Shown here one piece after another: positions 38,221-48,143 of a stretch of DNA of 64,000 nt (position 1 is the first letter of the stretch; each line of letters starts with the position of its first letter). The notes under the pieces were generated by a model. That model was not told where the DNA came from, made no database searches, and worked only from the letters and a program-made list of their open reading frames with translations. The DNA is from Nitrospirota bacterium (GTDB lineage Bacteria; Nitrospirota; UBA9217): assembly GCA_963790205.1 (NCBI GenBank), contig CAWBNQ010000003.1:192001-256000 (forward strand), written 5' to 3'. A program made the position numbers and the translations under genes.

Positions 38221-38436
38221 AGCGCTCCTTTGACGAACAGTGCGCTATTATAGCATTACCCTCCTATTCTTAAAAGATAAATAATGACCTTGTTTATTTA
38301 ATAAAATACGCATCCTGACAAAGTATGTCCAAGTTGACTATGGCGCCGGTTCCTATTATAATATCCCTGCTCCACTGTTTTTATCCGCATTGTTTATGCG
38401 AAAAACGCCCGTTTTTTGCAGACTCAGGAAAGGCCC

Positions 38437-41400
38437 ATGCAGAACTACCTTTTTCTCGGAATAGACATCGGCTCCGTGACCATCAAGACCGCGCTCCTCG
38501 ATAAGAGCGCAACAATCCTCTTCGAGTCCTGCACGCGGATGAAAGGTGACCCCGTCGCCGCCCTTGCAGAAGAGCTTGCGCGCCTCACGTCGCAATTCCC
38601 TGAACAGAGGATCCGCGCCGCGGGCATTACGGGCAGCGGAGGCAAGCAGGTCGCCGCGGTCATCGGGGCCCGGTTCATCAACGAGATCCTCGCCCAGTCC
38701 GGCTTTGCCGGGCGGTTCCATCCGGCAGCGAGGACCATCATTGAGATGGGCGGCGAGGACGCAAAACTCATTAACCTTCTGCCGGATGCAGCGAACGGCG
38801 GCGTTATCATCGAGGATTTCTCGATGAACACGGCCTGCGCCGCCGGCACGGGCTCATTTCTCGATCAGCAGGCCGCGCGCCTTCATTTGACCATAGAAGA
38901 ATTCAGCCGTATCGCGCTCCGGTCCGAGAGGCCACCGCGCGTGGCCGGCCGGTGCAGCGTGTTCGCCAAGAGCGACATGATCCATTTGCAGCAGATCGCC
39001 ACCCCGGATTACGACATCGTTGCCGGGCTGTGCTACGCCATGGCCAGGAACTTCAAGGCCACCGTGGGCAAGGGCAAAAAATTCTATCCGCCCCTGCTGT
39101 TCCTGGGAGGCGTGGCGGCCAACGCCGGCATGCACCGGGCCTTCCGTGATGTCCTGAAATTGTCCGAGTCCGACATGACGGTGCCCGGGCGCTTCAACAC
39201 CTCCGGCGCCATCGGCGTCGCGCTCATCGTCATAAAGCAGCCGGAGCAGGCAATCCCGTACCGCGGAATCGCCGCGCTTGCCGAGCATCTTGCGGCGACG
39301 AAAAAAAAGGTCCACAGCGGTGTCAGCCCTCTTTCCCTGCCCATGGGCATCATGCCGAATCCCGGCCAGGATGTTGCGCCCGATCCGTCCGGAGTGATCG
39401 AGGCCTACCTCGGCGTGGACGTGGGGTCGGTCTCGACGAACGTGGTGGTGATCGACCGGCAGCTGCGCGTACTGTCCAAGCGGTACCTGCCCACGGCCGG
39501 GAGGCCGATCGAAGCGGTGAAACAGGGCCTGGCCGAGGTGGGTGCTGAACTCGGCCCCCGGGTCAGGATCCTGGGAGCCGGGACCACGGGATCGGGCAGG
39601 TATCTTACCGGCGACATGATCGGCGCCGACGTGGTCCGGAACGAGATCACGGCGCAGGCAACGGCCGCCGCCGCGATCGATCCCCTCGTAGACACCATCT
39701 TCGAGATCGGAGGACAGGACTCGAAGTTCATCAGCCTGCAGGGCGGGGCCGTGGTGGACTTCGAGATGAACAAGGCCTGCGCCGCGGGCACCGGCTCGTT
39801 CCTTGAAGAGCAGGCGGAGCGGCTCGGCATCCGCATCAAGGGCGAGTTCGAGGACCGGGCGTTTTGCGCGGCTTCGCCCTGCAGGTTCGGCGAGCGCTGC
39901 ACCGTGTTCATGGAATCCGACCTCGTGCACTCCATGAACACCGGCTCCGGCGTGGAAGAGCTCACGGCCGGGCTTGCCTACTCCATCGCCTACAATTACC
40001 TGAACAAGGTCGTTGCGGGCAAGCGCGTGGGCGAGCGCATCTTTTTCCAGGGCGGCGTTGCCGCGAACAGGGCAGTGGTGTCCGCTTTCGAAACGATCAC
40101 AGGCAAACCGGTCACGGTCCCTCCGCACCACGAGGTCACCGGCGCGATCGGCGCCGCCATTCTCGCCATGCGGGCGGACGCGGGCACAAGCGGCTTCAAG
40201 GGGTTCGACCTGAGCACCCGTGCGTACAGCGTTACGACCTTCGAGTGCGCGGAATGCGCGAACCGCTGCGACATCAAGCGCGTGAGCTTCGACGGCGAAA
40301 AGCCGCTCTTCTACGGGAGCCGGTGCGAGAAGTACGACGTCAAGAAAAAGAGCGCGGTCGCCCACGCCCTGCCCGACCTTTTTGCCGAGCGCGAAGAGCT
40401 GCTTGCGTCCGCGGTCATCCCGGGCAACGTTCCCGGCAATGCCTTGACCATCGGCATCCCGCGCATGCTCTATGTCAACGATTTTCTCCCGTACTGGCAG
40501 GCATTTTTTGGAGAGCTCGGTTTTCGTGTCGTGCTCTCGGAGAAGACGAACCGGACGCTCGTCAACCGCGCAATCGAGACCACGGCGGCCGAGACCTGTT
40601 TCCCCGCCAAGGTCGCCATTGGTCATATTCATGATTTGCTTGACAAGAAGGTGGACATCCTGTTTCTCCCGAGTTTCATCCAGTTCCCCGCGTCTCACGG
40701 CCAGACCGGAAATTCCCAGGCCTGTCCCTATGCCCAGGCATTGCCGTATATTGCGAAGGCCTCGATCAGGTTCGGTGAAGCGAAGGTGATCGAACCAATC
40801 CTCCTTCTTCAGGACGAACGCCATTTCGAGAAGAGCATGCAGGAAATCGGCAAGGCCCTCGGCAAAAGCCGGGGGGCGGTGAGACGGGCGCAGCGGCTCG
40901 CCTGGAGCGTACAGGAGAACTACCACGCTGCCGCGGAAAAGCGAGGAAAAGAGGTCCTGTCGACGCTCAAAGCCGGCGAGAAGGCGCTGGTGCTCGTTGG
41001 CCGGAACTACAATACCTGCGATCCCGGCTTGAATATGAACCTGCCGTCAAAGGTCCGCGATCTCGGTTTTCAGGCCGTCCCCATGGACTTCCTGCCGCTC
41101 CACCAGGTGGACCTGTCAGATCAGGAGCACATGTACTGGCGGTCGGGCCAGAAGATCATGGCCGCGGCCCGGATCATTCACGGGCGCCAGGACCTCTCCC
41201 CCCTTTATATCACGAACTTCGGGTGCGGTCCTGACTCGTTCATCACCCATTTCTTCCGGCAGGAGATGAACGGCAAGCCCTTCCTCCAACTTGAGATAGA
41301 CGAACACAGCGCGGACGCCGGAGCGATCACCCGGATCGAGGCGTTCCTGGACAGCCTGAACAACGGGAAGGGGGACCGGCCGGTCGCGCCTTCCGTCATC

Positions 41401-42630
41401 CTACACAAGGGCAACGGCAACGGGTCGCTTCGCCCGAAGAGGGTCTACTTTCCGCCCATGACCGACCACGCGTTCGCCCTTGCCGCCGCATTCAGGGCCT
41501 GCGGCGTGGAGACCGAGGTGCTGCCCGAGTCCGACGACGAGACGGTGCGCATCGGCAGGGAGCACACCTCGGGCCGCGAGTGCTACCCGCTCGCGCTCAC
41601 CACCGGCGACATGATCAAGGCGACGCGAAGGCCGGGATTCGAGCCGGACCAGAGCGCCTTCTTCATGCCCACGGGCAGGGGGCCGTGCCGTTTCGGCCAG
41701 TACCATCGCTATCACCGGCAGGTGCTCGACAAGCTCGGGCTCGAACGCGTCACGATCCTGGCCCCCATGCAGGACGAATCGCTGCACGACGACGTGAGCA
41801 TGTTCGACAAGGATTTCGTGCTCATGAGCTGGCGCGGCGTGTTCGCGGTGGACATGCTCCAGAAAGCCCTCTGGGAGCACCGGCCCCATGAAAAGCAGAA
41901 AGGACAGACGGACCGCGTGTACCGGGCCTCTCTTGATCGCCTGAGCAACGCCATCGAAAAGAGAGAAGACCTCCTGCCCGTATTGCGGCAGGCCTACGAG
42001 GATTTCACCGCTATCGACATCGCCGAACGCTCCAAACCCGTGATCGGTGTCGTGGGAGAGATCTACATCCGCTCGAACCGGTTCAGCAACGAGGACGTCG
42101 TGCGCCAGATCGAGAGGCTCGGCGGCGAGGCCTGGGTCGCGCCGATCTCCGAATGGCTCCTCTATGTCAACAATACGGCCAAAGTATCGGCGAAGATGAA
42201 CCGTTCATGGAAGGACCTGCTCAAGGCATACCTGACGCAGCACGTGCAGCACCGGGATGAGCAACGCTTCCTGGGCGGCTTCAACGGAAGCATGAGGAGC
42301 CTGCGCGAACCGAGCATCGAGCAGACCCTCCGCTCGGCGCTGCCCTACATCCACCATTCCTTCGAAGGAGAGGCCGTGCTGTCCGTGGGAAAGGCCATCG
42401 ACTACATCAACCGCGGCGTCTCGGGCATTGTGAACGTGATGCCCTTCACCTGCATGCCCGGCACGATCGCGACCGCGGTCTTGAAACGAGTGCGTGAAGA
42501 GCACGATAACATCCCTCTCCTGAACATTGCCTACGAGGGACAGGGGGACTCCCAGACCCTGACGCGGCTCGAGGCCTTCATGCACCAGGCAAGGTCCTAC
42601 CAGGAGGCGAAGAAGCGCCGCATTAAATGA
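38437..42630 (+). CDS. Large CoA-substrate-specific enzyme activase fusion (2x BadF/BcrA ASKHA ATPase + DUF2229/dehydratase-like modules)
   Basis: Two GxDxGS..K / GGxDxK / CAAGTGSFL / CxVF modules, plus CFPAK, FGCGPD, ECYP, GPCRFGQY and PFTCMP. Confidence 0.9.
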   Translation: MQNYLFLGIDIGSVTIKTALLDKSATILFESCTRMKGDPVAALAEELARLTSQFPEQRIRAAGITGSGGKQVAAVIGARFINEILAQSGFAGRFHPAARTIIEMGGEDAKLINLLPDAANGGVIIEDFSMNTACAAGTGSFLDQQAARLHLTIEEFSRIALRSERPPRVAGRCSVFAKSDMIHLQQIATPDYDIVAGLCYAMARNFKATVGKGKKFYPPLLFLGGVAANAGMHRAFRDVLKLSESDMTVPGRFNTSGAIGVALIVIKQPEQAIPYRGIAALAEHLAATKKKVHSGVSPLSLPMGIMPNPGQDVAPDPSGVIEAYLGVDVGSVSTNVVVIDRQLRVLSKRYLPTAGRPIEAVKQGLAEVGAELGPRVRILGAGTTGSGRYLTGDMIGADVVRNEITAQATAAAAIDPLVDTIFEIGGQDSKFISLQGGAVVDFEMNKACAAGTGSFLEEQAERLGIRIKGEFEDRAFCAASPCRFGERCTVFMESDLVHSMNTGSGVEELTAGLAYSIAYNYLNKVVAGKRVGERIFFQGGVAANRAVVSAFETITGKPVTVPPHHEVTGAIGAAILAMRADAGTSGFKGFDLSTRAYSVTTFECAECANRCDIKRVSFDGEKPLFYGSRCEKYDVKKKSAVAHALPDLFAEREELLASAVIPGNVPGNALTIGIPRMLYVNDFLPYWQAFFGELGFRVVLSEKTNRTLVNRAIETTAAETCFPAKVAIGHIHDLLDKKVDILFLPSFIQFPASHGQTGNSQACPYAQALPYIAKASIRFGEAKVIEPILLLQDERHFEKSMQEIGKALGKSRGAVRRAQRLAWSVQENYHAAAEKRGKEVLSTLKAGEKALVLVGRNYNTCDPGLNMNLPSKVRDLGFQAVPMDFLPLHQVDLSDQEHMYWRSGQKIMAAARIIHGRQDLSPLYITNFGCGPDSFITHFFRQEMNGKPFLQLEIDEHSADAGAITRIEAFLDSLNNGKGDRPVAPSVILHKGNGNGSLRPKRVYFPPMTDHAFALAAAFRACGVETEVLPESDDETVRIGREHTSGRECYPLALTTGDMIKATRRPGFEPDQSAFFMPTGRGPCRFGQYHRYHRQVLDKLGLERVTILAPMQDESLHDDVSMFDKDFVLMSWRGVFAVDMLQKALWEHRPHEKQKGQTDRVYRASLDRLSNAIEKREDLLPVLRQAYEDFTAIDIAERSKPVIGVVGEIYIRSNRFSNEDVVRQIERLGGEAWVAPISEWLLYVNNTAKVSAKMNRSWKDLLKAYLTQHVQHRDEQRFLGGFNGSMRSLREPSIEQTLRSALPYIHHSFEGEAVLSVGKAIDYINRGVSGIVNVMPFTCMPGTIATAVLKRVREEHDNIPLLNIAYEGQGDSQTLTRLEAFMHQARSYQEAKKRRIK

Positions 42631-42797
42631 CCTCCGGCAGGTTTCGTTCTTTCTTTTATTCAGGTTGGGCGTGAAACCAGAGTGAACATCTTTCACGCTG
42701 CGATTTTCCTCGAAAAATCATGCTGCAGGAGGCGTTTTAGCAGCGCGTTGAGGGAGCGTGAAGAAAATTGCCCGTTGAAAAAATCTTTATAATCAGC

Positions 42798-42826
42798 TTG
42801 ACAAGGAATTGAGAAAGCGGTATTCT
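42798..42826 (+). promoter_or_regulatory. sigma70-type promoter of csp
   Basis: TTGACA-17 bp-TATTCT. Confidence 0.6.
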
Positions 42827-42885
42827 CTAACCATCCGTGGACAATACCCGGACAAAATTCAAAAAGAAGCAGAGGAGAAACAAGA

Positions 42886-43089
42886 ATGGCAAACGGTGTA
42901 GTGAAGTGGTTCAATAACAGCAAGGGGTTCGGCTTTATCACGCAGGACAATGGCGAGGACGTATTCGTGCACTTTTCGGCCATCGCGGGAGACGGCTTCA
43001 AGTCGTTGAACGAGGGCGACAAGGTTACGTTCGAGGTCGTAAAGGGACCCAAGGGCCTGCAGGCAGCCAATGTGTCCAAGACCTCGTAA
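42886..43089 (+). CDS. cspA: Cold-shock protein (CspA family)
   Basis: [15 protein letters not shown]...DVFVHFSAI...[10 protein letters not shown]. Confidence 0.96.
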   Translation: MANGVVKWFNNSKGFGFITQDNGEDVFVHFSAIAGDGFKSLNEGDKVTFEVVKGPKGLQAANVSKTS

Positions 43090-43118
43090 TTAAAAAAAAC
43101 ACTTTCATTAACCATGTT

Positions 43119-43149
43119 AAAGCCCCGGCGTTAAACCGGGGCTTTTTTT
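43119..43149 (+). terminator. Rho-independent terminator after csp
   Basis: AAAGCCCCGG-cgttaaa-CCGGGGCTTTTTTT. Confidence 0.85.
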
Positions 43150-43173
43150 ATTGGCCGGCGTTTCAGCTTGCCG

Positions 43174-43212
43174 AAAAAAAGCAAGGGCGATGATTTTTCA
43201 TCGCCCTTGCTT
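43174..43212 (-). terminator. Rho-independent terminator for the minus-strand membrane protein pair
   Basis: A7-GCAAGGGCGATGA-ttt(t)-TCATCGCCCTTGC. Confidence 0.85.
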
Positions 43213-43274
43213 GTGGAATCCTGAATTCCCATGCAGTTTCTATAAGGGTTTTAATTCCGCAATCCGCATTCGGC

Positions 43275-43592
43275 TTACGCCTTGACTTCCGCTTCCTTCT
43301 TCTCGCGCATCGCCGCCGGGGCTGAGACCACGAAACCCATGACCGTGCCCAGCAGGCCGCCCACCACGATGCTCACCGCGGCCGCGCAGGCGATCCCCAC
43401 CGCGATGCCCATCACCACCGCCGCCCGCACAAACAGCGTCGGCTCAACCGCGCCGCCCGAAAGCTTCTGGAGCAGGATCAAGGTCCCGTAGCTCCCGAAG
43501 TAGAACCCCGGCACGATCCCCAGCGCCAGAAACACCAGCCCGCCGATGCTCGCCCCGATCTTCATTCCCGCTTTTACCGTCTCGTTCTTCAT
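43275..43592 (-). CDS. Small Gly-rich membrane protein (paralog of the upstream gene)
   Basis: GIVPGFYFGSY...VEPTLFVRA. Hydrophobic. AAGGAG RBS. Confidence 0.78.
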   Translation of the reverse strand: MKNETVKAGMKIGASIGGLVFLALGIVPGFYFGSYGTLILLQKLSGGAVEPTLFVRAAVVMGIAVGIACAAAVSIVVGGLLGTVMGFVVSAPAAMREKKEAEVKA

Positions 43593-43642
43593 GATTGTCT
43601 CCTTTCAGCCGCGGCTGGATTATTTTAATCCAAACTGCATGG

Positions 43643-43972
43643 TTAATTGCGTCTGATGTTCACATGCTCGCCGGCAGTACGAAGAGGAATGCCTGTTGCC
43701 GTGTCGATCGCATTTCCGACAAGCCATCCTGCCGTTGACGTTGCCGTAACGATAGCGATCCCTGAGACCATCACACCGACAAGCATGGACAATAATACGA
43801 TGGACCTCGATACGACCCCCGGCTCGAGCGGCAGCCCGAAGAGCATACCGGCGAATTTGATGCCTGCTGCGCCGCCCAAAAGACTGCCGGGCAGAAGCCC
43901 GAAAATCGCGAAGAGCACCACTCCTGCGCCTGCCCCGATGTATGCAGCTTTTCTTGATAAGGTCGTTTTCAT
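43643..43972 (-). CDS. Small Gly-rich membrane protein
   Basis: AYIGAGAGVVLFAIFGLLPGSLLGG...LEPGVVSRS. GGGAGG RBS. Confidence 0.78.
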   Translation of the reverse strand: MKTTLSRKAAYIGAGAGVVLFAIFGLLPGSLLGGAAGIKFAGMLFGLPLEPGVVSRSIVLLSMLVGVMVSGIAIVTATSTAGWLVGNAIDTATGIPLRTAGEHVNIRRN

Positions 43973-44011
43973 TTTTGTTTCCTCCCTTTCGTTCGTTCTT
44001 GCCAGAGTAAT

Positions 44012-44027
44012 TGCATTATGCATGCCA
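44012..44027 (-). promoter_or_regulatory. sigma54 (RpoN) -24/-12 promoter
   Basis: TGGCATGCATAATGCA versus consensus TGGCACGNNNNTTGCA, 40 bp upstream of ATG 43972. Confidence 0.65.
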
Positions 44028-44317
44028 AGCCATAACTCGTTGAATTTCTGGAAATCCAAGCGTTAAATTTTTTGCAGAGCTGAGAAAAGAAGATTTCAGG
44101 ATATCCGGAATGCAAAGAAACGGCGCTATGGGACGATTTTGAGGAGGGAAATCTTATGATCAAAAGCAATTTAATTATGACAAGGTCGTAAAAAGCCTTG
44201 TCTCGCACAAAGCCGAGAAGCCACAAAGAAAAAACCTTTTCAGTATCGATGAAATTTTCTTCGTGTTCCCGCCTGTACGAACCTTCCTTGTGCCTCCGGG
44301 CGAACGTTTGAACTTTT

Positions 44318-45619
44318 GGCTCTCCCGGGTTTAGCATGGATACATGTCTAGCCCGCCGCAGTGAAAGTAAATTGCTGTCTTGAAGTGTTCCTTGTTCCGA
44401 AATCCGTAGGCCATCTTTTTGATTGTCTGTATCTTGCTGTTGAGCCCTTCGCTGACCGCATTCGTTATGCGGTGCTGAAGATAAGTCAGAACGTTAGCAA
44501 TATGTCTTTTGATCGTTCCTGCTGCGTCAATGATTGGCTTCAGCCTGCTGTGTGTTGCCCAGAAATACCACCGCTTCCAGAATTTCCTCGCTGACTCGGC
44601 ATAGTTGTAATGCCACAACTTCCGAAACGTCTCCTTGATGGCCCACGCGCGTCCTACCTTCAACTCAAGCTTTTGTAATGCGGCAAATTCCCTGCGGCGT
44701 TTCTCCGGAACGTTCTCCTTGCTGTACAGCCACAAGTACTTACTCCCCTTGAGCGTTTCGTCACCTTCTTTCATCCGCTGCCGATGTTCCTGCTTTCGTA
44801 CCGTGTCTACCGCTTTCCCGAGGTAGCCCATAATGTGGAACCGGTCGAAAACGATCTTGCTCTCGGCACCAGGCACATGGGCACGCGTCGCCTCAAGGTA
44901 GGGCTCCCACATGTCCATTGCAACCGCCTCGAGGCCTTCTAATTGCTCCGGCGTCAGACTCTTGTAATAGCTCTCCAGACTGCTCTGTTTGCGGTCATCC
45001 TCGATGTGCTCTACCGTGCCTCCGTCTATATCGCTTACCAGCGTCAGGTATGTATGACCCTTGGCAATGGCTTTCTCATCGACGCCGATCCGGGGAACGA
45101 CGCGGTCTTGTTTCCGAAGCTTTCCGCGCTCTACGGCGCGTTCCATGAGGTTCCATGCTTCGTCCCAGCTTATCCGCAAGATCTTCGTGGCCCCGGTTAT
45201 ATCGCACTCCCGAAGAACATCTATGGCCAACCGCTCAAATAAAACCGTGAATCGTGACTTCGGTTCCGCCCAAGGGACCCGAACCTGCAAAATCCCATGC
45301 TCTGCACACGTTATGCGGGGAATACGCGCATGCAAGTACGTCTTGAACTGGCAACTGTCAAGGTGACGCCATAACCGCTCTTCGGCATGATCATAGACCG
45401 TCGACTCCTTCGAGCATTCCGGACAAGACCATACTGCGTCCTTCTCATGTTCCACCCATACATCTACCCGCTGCTGCTTTACATCCAGTTCAACTTGACT
45501 GACACTCCAGGGTGACTTCAATCCCAGCAATTGCTGATAAAGTCCGGTATCCTGCATGATCGCCTCCTCAGGCGACCATCCTATCACATATTTCTACCCA
45601 CGGGAAAGCCGGAAGAATC
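44318..45619 (-). mobile_element. ISL3-family insertion sequence
   Basis: TIRs GGCTCTCCCGGGTTT / (rc) GATTCTTCCGGCTTT. 8-bp TSD GAACTTTT at 44310-44317 and 45620-45627. Confidence 0.93.
44331..45557 (-). CDS. ISL3-family transposase
   Basis: Zn finger CPEC..WRHLD, IGVDE, AMDMW, FDRFH, NAVSEGLNSKIQ, GFRN. Confidence 0.95.
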   Translation of the reverse strand: MQDTGLYQQLLGLKSPWSVSQVELDVKQQRVDVWVEHEKDAVWSCPECSKESTVYDHAEERLWRHLDSCQFKTYLHARIPRITCAEHGILQVRVPWAEPKSRFTVLFERLAIDVLRECDITGATKILRISWDEAWNLMERAVERGKLRKQDRVVPRIGVDEKAIAKGHTYLTLVSDIDGGTVEHIEDDRKQSSLESYYKSLTPEQLEGLEAVAMDMWEPYLEATRAHVPGAESKIVFDRFHIMGYLGKAVDTVRKQEHRQRMKEGDETLKGSKYLWLYSKENVPEKRRREFAALQKLELKVGRAWAIKETFRKLWHYNYAESARKFWKRWYFWATHSRLKPIIDAAGTIKRHIANVLTYLQHRITNAVSEGLNSKIQTIKKMAYGFRNKEHFKTAIYFHCGGLDMYPC

Positions 45620-45673
45620 GAACTTTTACGGGTTCATCAATTACGATGATCTTCACAATAGTTTACTGCGGAT

Positions 45674-45703
45674 AAAAAAGGCACCCCGTTTTCGGGGTGC
45701 CTT
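45674..45703 (-). terminator. Rho-independent terminator after the DEAD-box helicase
   Basis: AAAAAAGGCACCCCG-tttt-CGGGGTGCCTT. Confidence 0.85.
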
Positions 45704-45737
45704 GCAATTTTTCCGGAGAATCAATTACGGTTTCAGC

Positions 45738-47129
45738 TTATGCCCACCGCGACTGGCGGCCGGGCCTGGCGCTTCTGAAGTCTCCGGACTTACCGCCTTC
45801 GCTTCTGAAGCTTCTCTTGTCGTCCCTGGATATCCGGCTGTCCGCATAGGGCTTCCGGCCGGGTCTGTCGCCGAAAGAATTTTTAGGTGATGCGCCCTGT
45901 CCGTACCGTTTGCCGGCGCTTGTACCCTGCCAGCGTTTTCCCGAAGACGGCGTCGATGCGCTCCCGCTGCCTGAGCGGCGCAAGGGTCGCGCCGGCTCCA
46001 GTCCCGGGATTACCATCTGGGGAATGGACTGGCCGATGAATCGCTCGATCGAGCGCAGGGAATCCACCTCTTTGCCCGAGGCAAAGGAGATGGCGATGCC
46101 GGTGGCGCCCGCCCGTCCGGTGCGGCCGATGCGATGCACATAGTCCTCGGCGTTTTTCGGCAGGTCATAGTTGATCACGTGGGTGATGCCGGAGACGTCG
46201 AGGCCGCGGGCTGCCACGTCCGTTGCCACGAGGAGTCGGATTTTGCCGCGACGCATGTTCATGATGGTGCGGTTGCGGGCATTCTGGTTCATATCACCAT
46301 GCAGCGCCGCTGACGCATGTCCCTGGGCGGTCAGCTCGCGGGCAAGCTGATCGGCGTTCCGCTTGGTGCCGGAAAAGATGATCGCCCTGGTCATGCCGCT
46401 GTCGGAGATAAGGTGCTTCAAAAGCCTGTTCTTGTGCTGCATGTCGTCCGCGGCGTGCAAACGCTGTTCGATCGCTTCAAGCGTGGTCTTCTTTCCCACG
46501 ATCTCGACTCGCACCGGATCCTTCAGCAGGCGCTGGGCCAGCTTTGCCATGCTGTTGTCCATGGTCGCCGTGAACATAAGGGTCTGACGGGTTGCCGGTG
46601 TGGCCGCGGCAATGGTGTCCACTGCCTCGCTGAAGCCCATATCGAGCATGCGGTCGGCTTCATCGAGGATCAGGATCTCAAGACGGGAAAAATCGATGCG
46701 TCCCCGTTCCATATGGTCCATGAGCCGTCCGGGAGTGGCCACGATCAGGTCCACGGGCTGGGACAAGAGCCGCTGCTGTTCAAAGTAGGGCATGCCGCCG
46801 AGGATCGCGCCGCTCCGGATGCGCATGAACTTCCCGTAGGTGCTCACCGCCGCGGTCACCTGGTTCGCCAGTTCGCGCGTGGGCGTGAGCACGAGCACGC
46901 GGGGACCCTTGGACCTTCCCGTTGACTTTGACGGCACGCTGAGACGCATGAGCGCCGGCAGTACGAAGGCCGCGGTCTTTCCGGTCCCGGTCTGGGCCGT
47001 GGCGATCAGGTCCTGGCCCGCCAGGGCCTTGGGTATGGCCTGCTCCTGGATGGGCGTGGGGGCGGTATAGCCGCAGAGCTTTATTGCTTTGAGGATCGGT
47101 TCACTGAGCTGCAATTTTGAAAAAGACAT
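45738..47129 (-). CDS. rhlE: DEAD-box RNA helicase (RhlE-like)
   Basis: Q motif, AQTGTGKT, PTRELA, TPGRL, DEAD, ARGLD, HRIGRTGRAG, and a basic Gly/Arg tail. Confidence 0.92.
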   Translation of the reverse strand: MSFSKLQLSEPILKAIKLCGYTAPTPIQEQAIPKALAGQDLIATAQTGTGKTAAFVLPALMRLSVPSKSTGRSKGPRVLVLTPTRELANQVTAAVSTYGKFMRIRSGAILGGMPYFEQQRLLSQPVDLIVATPGRLMDHMERGRIDFSRLEILILDEADRMLDMGFSEAVDTIAAATPATRQTLMFTATMDNSMAKLAQRLLKDPVRVEIVGKKTTLEAIEQRLHAADDMQHKNRLLKHLISDSGMTRAIIFSGTKRNADQLARELTAQGHASAALHGDMNQNARNRTIMNMRRGKIRLLVATDVAARGLDVSGITHVINYDLPKNAEDYVHRIGRTGRAGATGIAISFASGKEVDSLRSIERFIGQSIPQMVIPGLEPARPLRRSGSGSASTPSSGKRWQGTSAGKRYGQGASPKNSFGDRPGRKPYADSRISRDDKRSFRSEGGKSGDFRSARPGRQSRWA

Positions 47130-47731
47130 TCTGTTCCTTTCAAGGGGACCACTGTATTCCCGGGAAAGAGCAACACGAGAAAAATTGTTGACGCGGATGA
47201 ACGCTGATGTGGTCATGATTTGCACTGATGCGTCCTGAGACTGCAGATCAGTGTCCATCATAATTTATTCAGCGACGATCAGTGCCAGAAATTTCCTGAT
47301 GTTCTTTTTCCCGCGACGCAGTGGTCGAAGAGGTTTGCGTGCGGGCCGCAGGAACACAAAGGTATCCCTGAGAGCGGAGACGACGCCAGCACAACTATGA
47401 CCGGCATAACTACATCGTTCGCCAACCATAGGTACTGCTGCGATTTCAGAGTGGGAGCTGAAAGCTTAGGGGGGTTAGAGATCGATGATATGGAGGGCAG
47501 GGAGATGGTGACGTGTGAGTGTACTTCAGTCAAATCCTGCCGCATTGTTAAACAGTCGAAGTGCATAATACAGGATTCCGGGAAAATAGCAAGGATTATT
47601 ATGAAAAAAATGAGGCTATAGCATGGGCGACCGTTTGTTCAATAACTCTTTCACGCTATAGAAGTGCATGTGAAAATGCCGCTTGCCTGAACGAACTTTT
47701 TGTAGTACGTTATTCGGACAGAAGGTGGGAA

Positions 47732-48013
47732 ATGAAAATCAGTGAAGACATCAAGCCCGTGACGTATCTCAAATCAAAAGCTGCGGACATGTTGCAGCAG
47801 ATCAACGAAACGCACAGGCCGGTCATCAACACGCAAAACGGGGAATCGCGCGCCGTTCTGCAAGACCCGGAATCGTATGAGCGCATGAAGTCCGCGATAG
47901 GCTTGATGAAGCTCCTGGCGCAGAGAGAAGAGGATATCCGGAAAGGCAGGACCACGGAGCAGGAAGAGATGTTCAGGCGTCTTGAAAACAAACTGAAGAC
48001 CGGGAAACAGTAG
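47732..48013 (+). CDS. Phd/YefM-family antitoxin (orphan)
   Basis: DIKPVTYLKSKAADMLQQINETHRPVINTQNGESRAVLQD..SYE. Confidence 0.88.
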   Translation: MKISEDIKPVTYLKSKAADMLQQINETHRPVINTQNGESRAVLQDPESYERMKSAIGLMKLLAQREEDIRKGRTTEQEEMFRRLENKLKTGKQ

Positions 48014-48143
48014 AAGGGAGGACGGCAAGGACGTATACAGTTTCACCGGATATTCTGTAAATCGTCCTCCAGGGGGCAAGGATTATTTCTCGATAGAGAA
48101 TAATACCCTGTTCCAGCAACTCGAGTTTTCCCTGATAAAAAAC

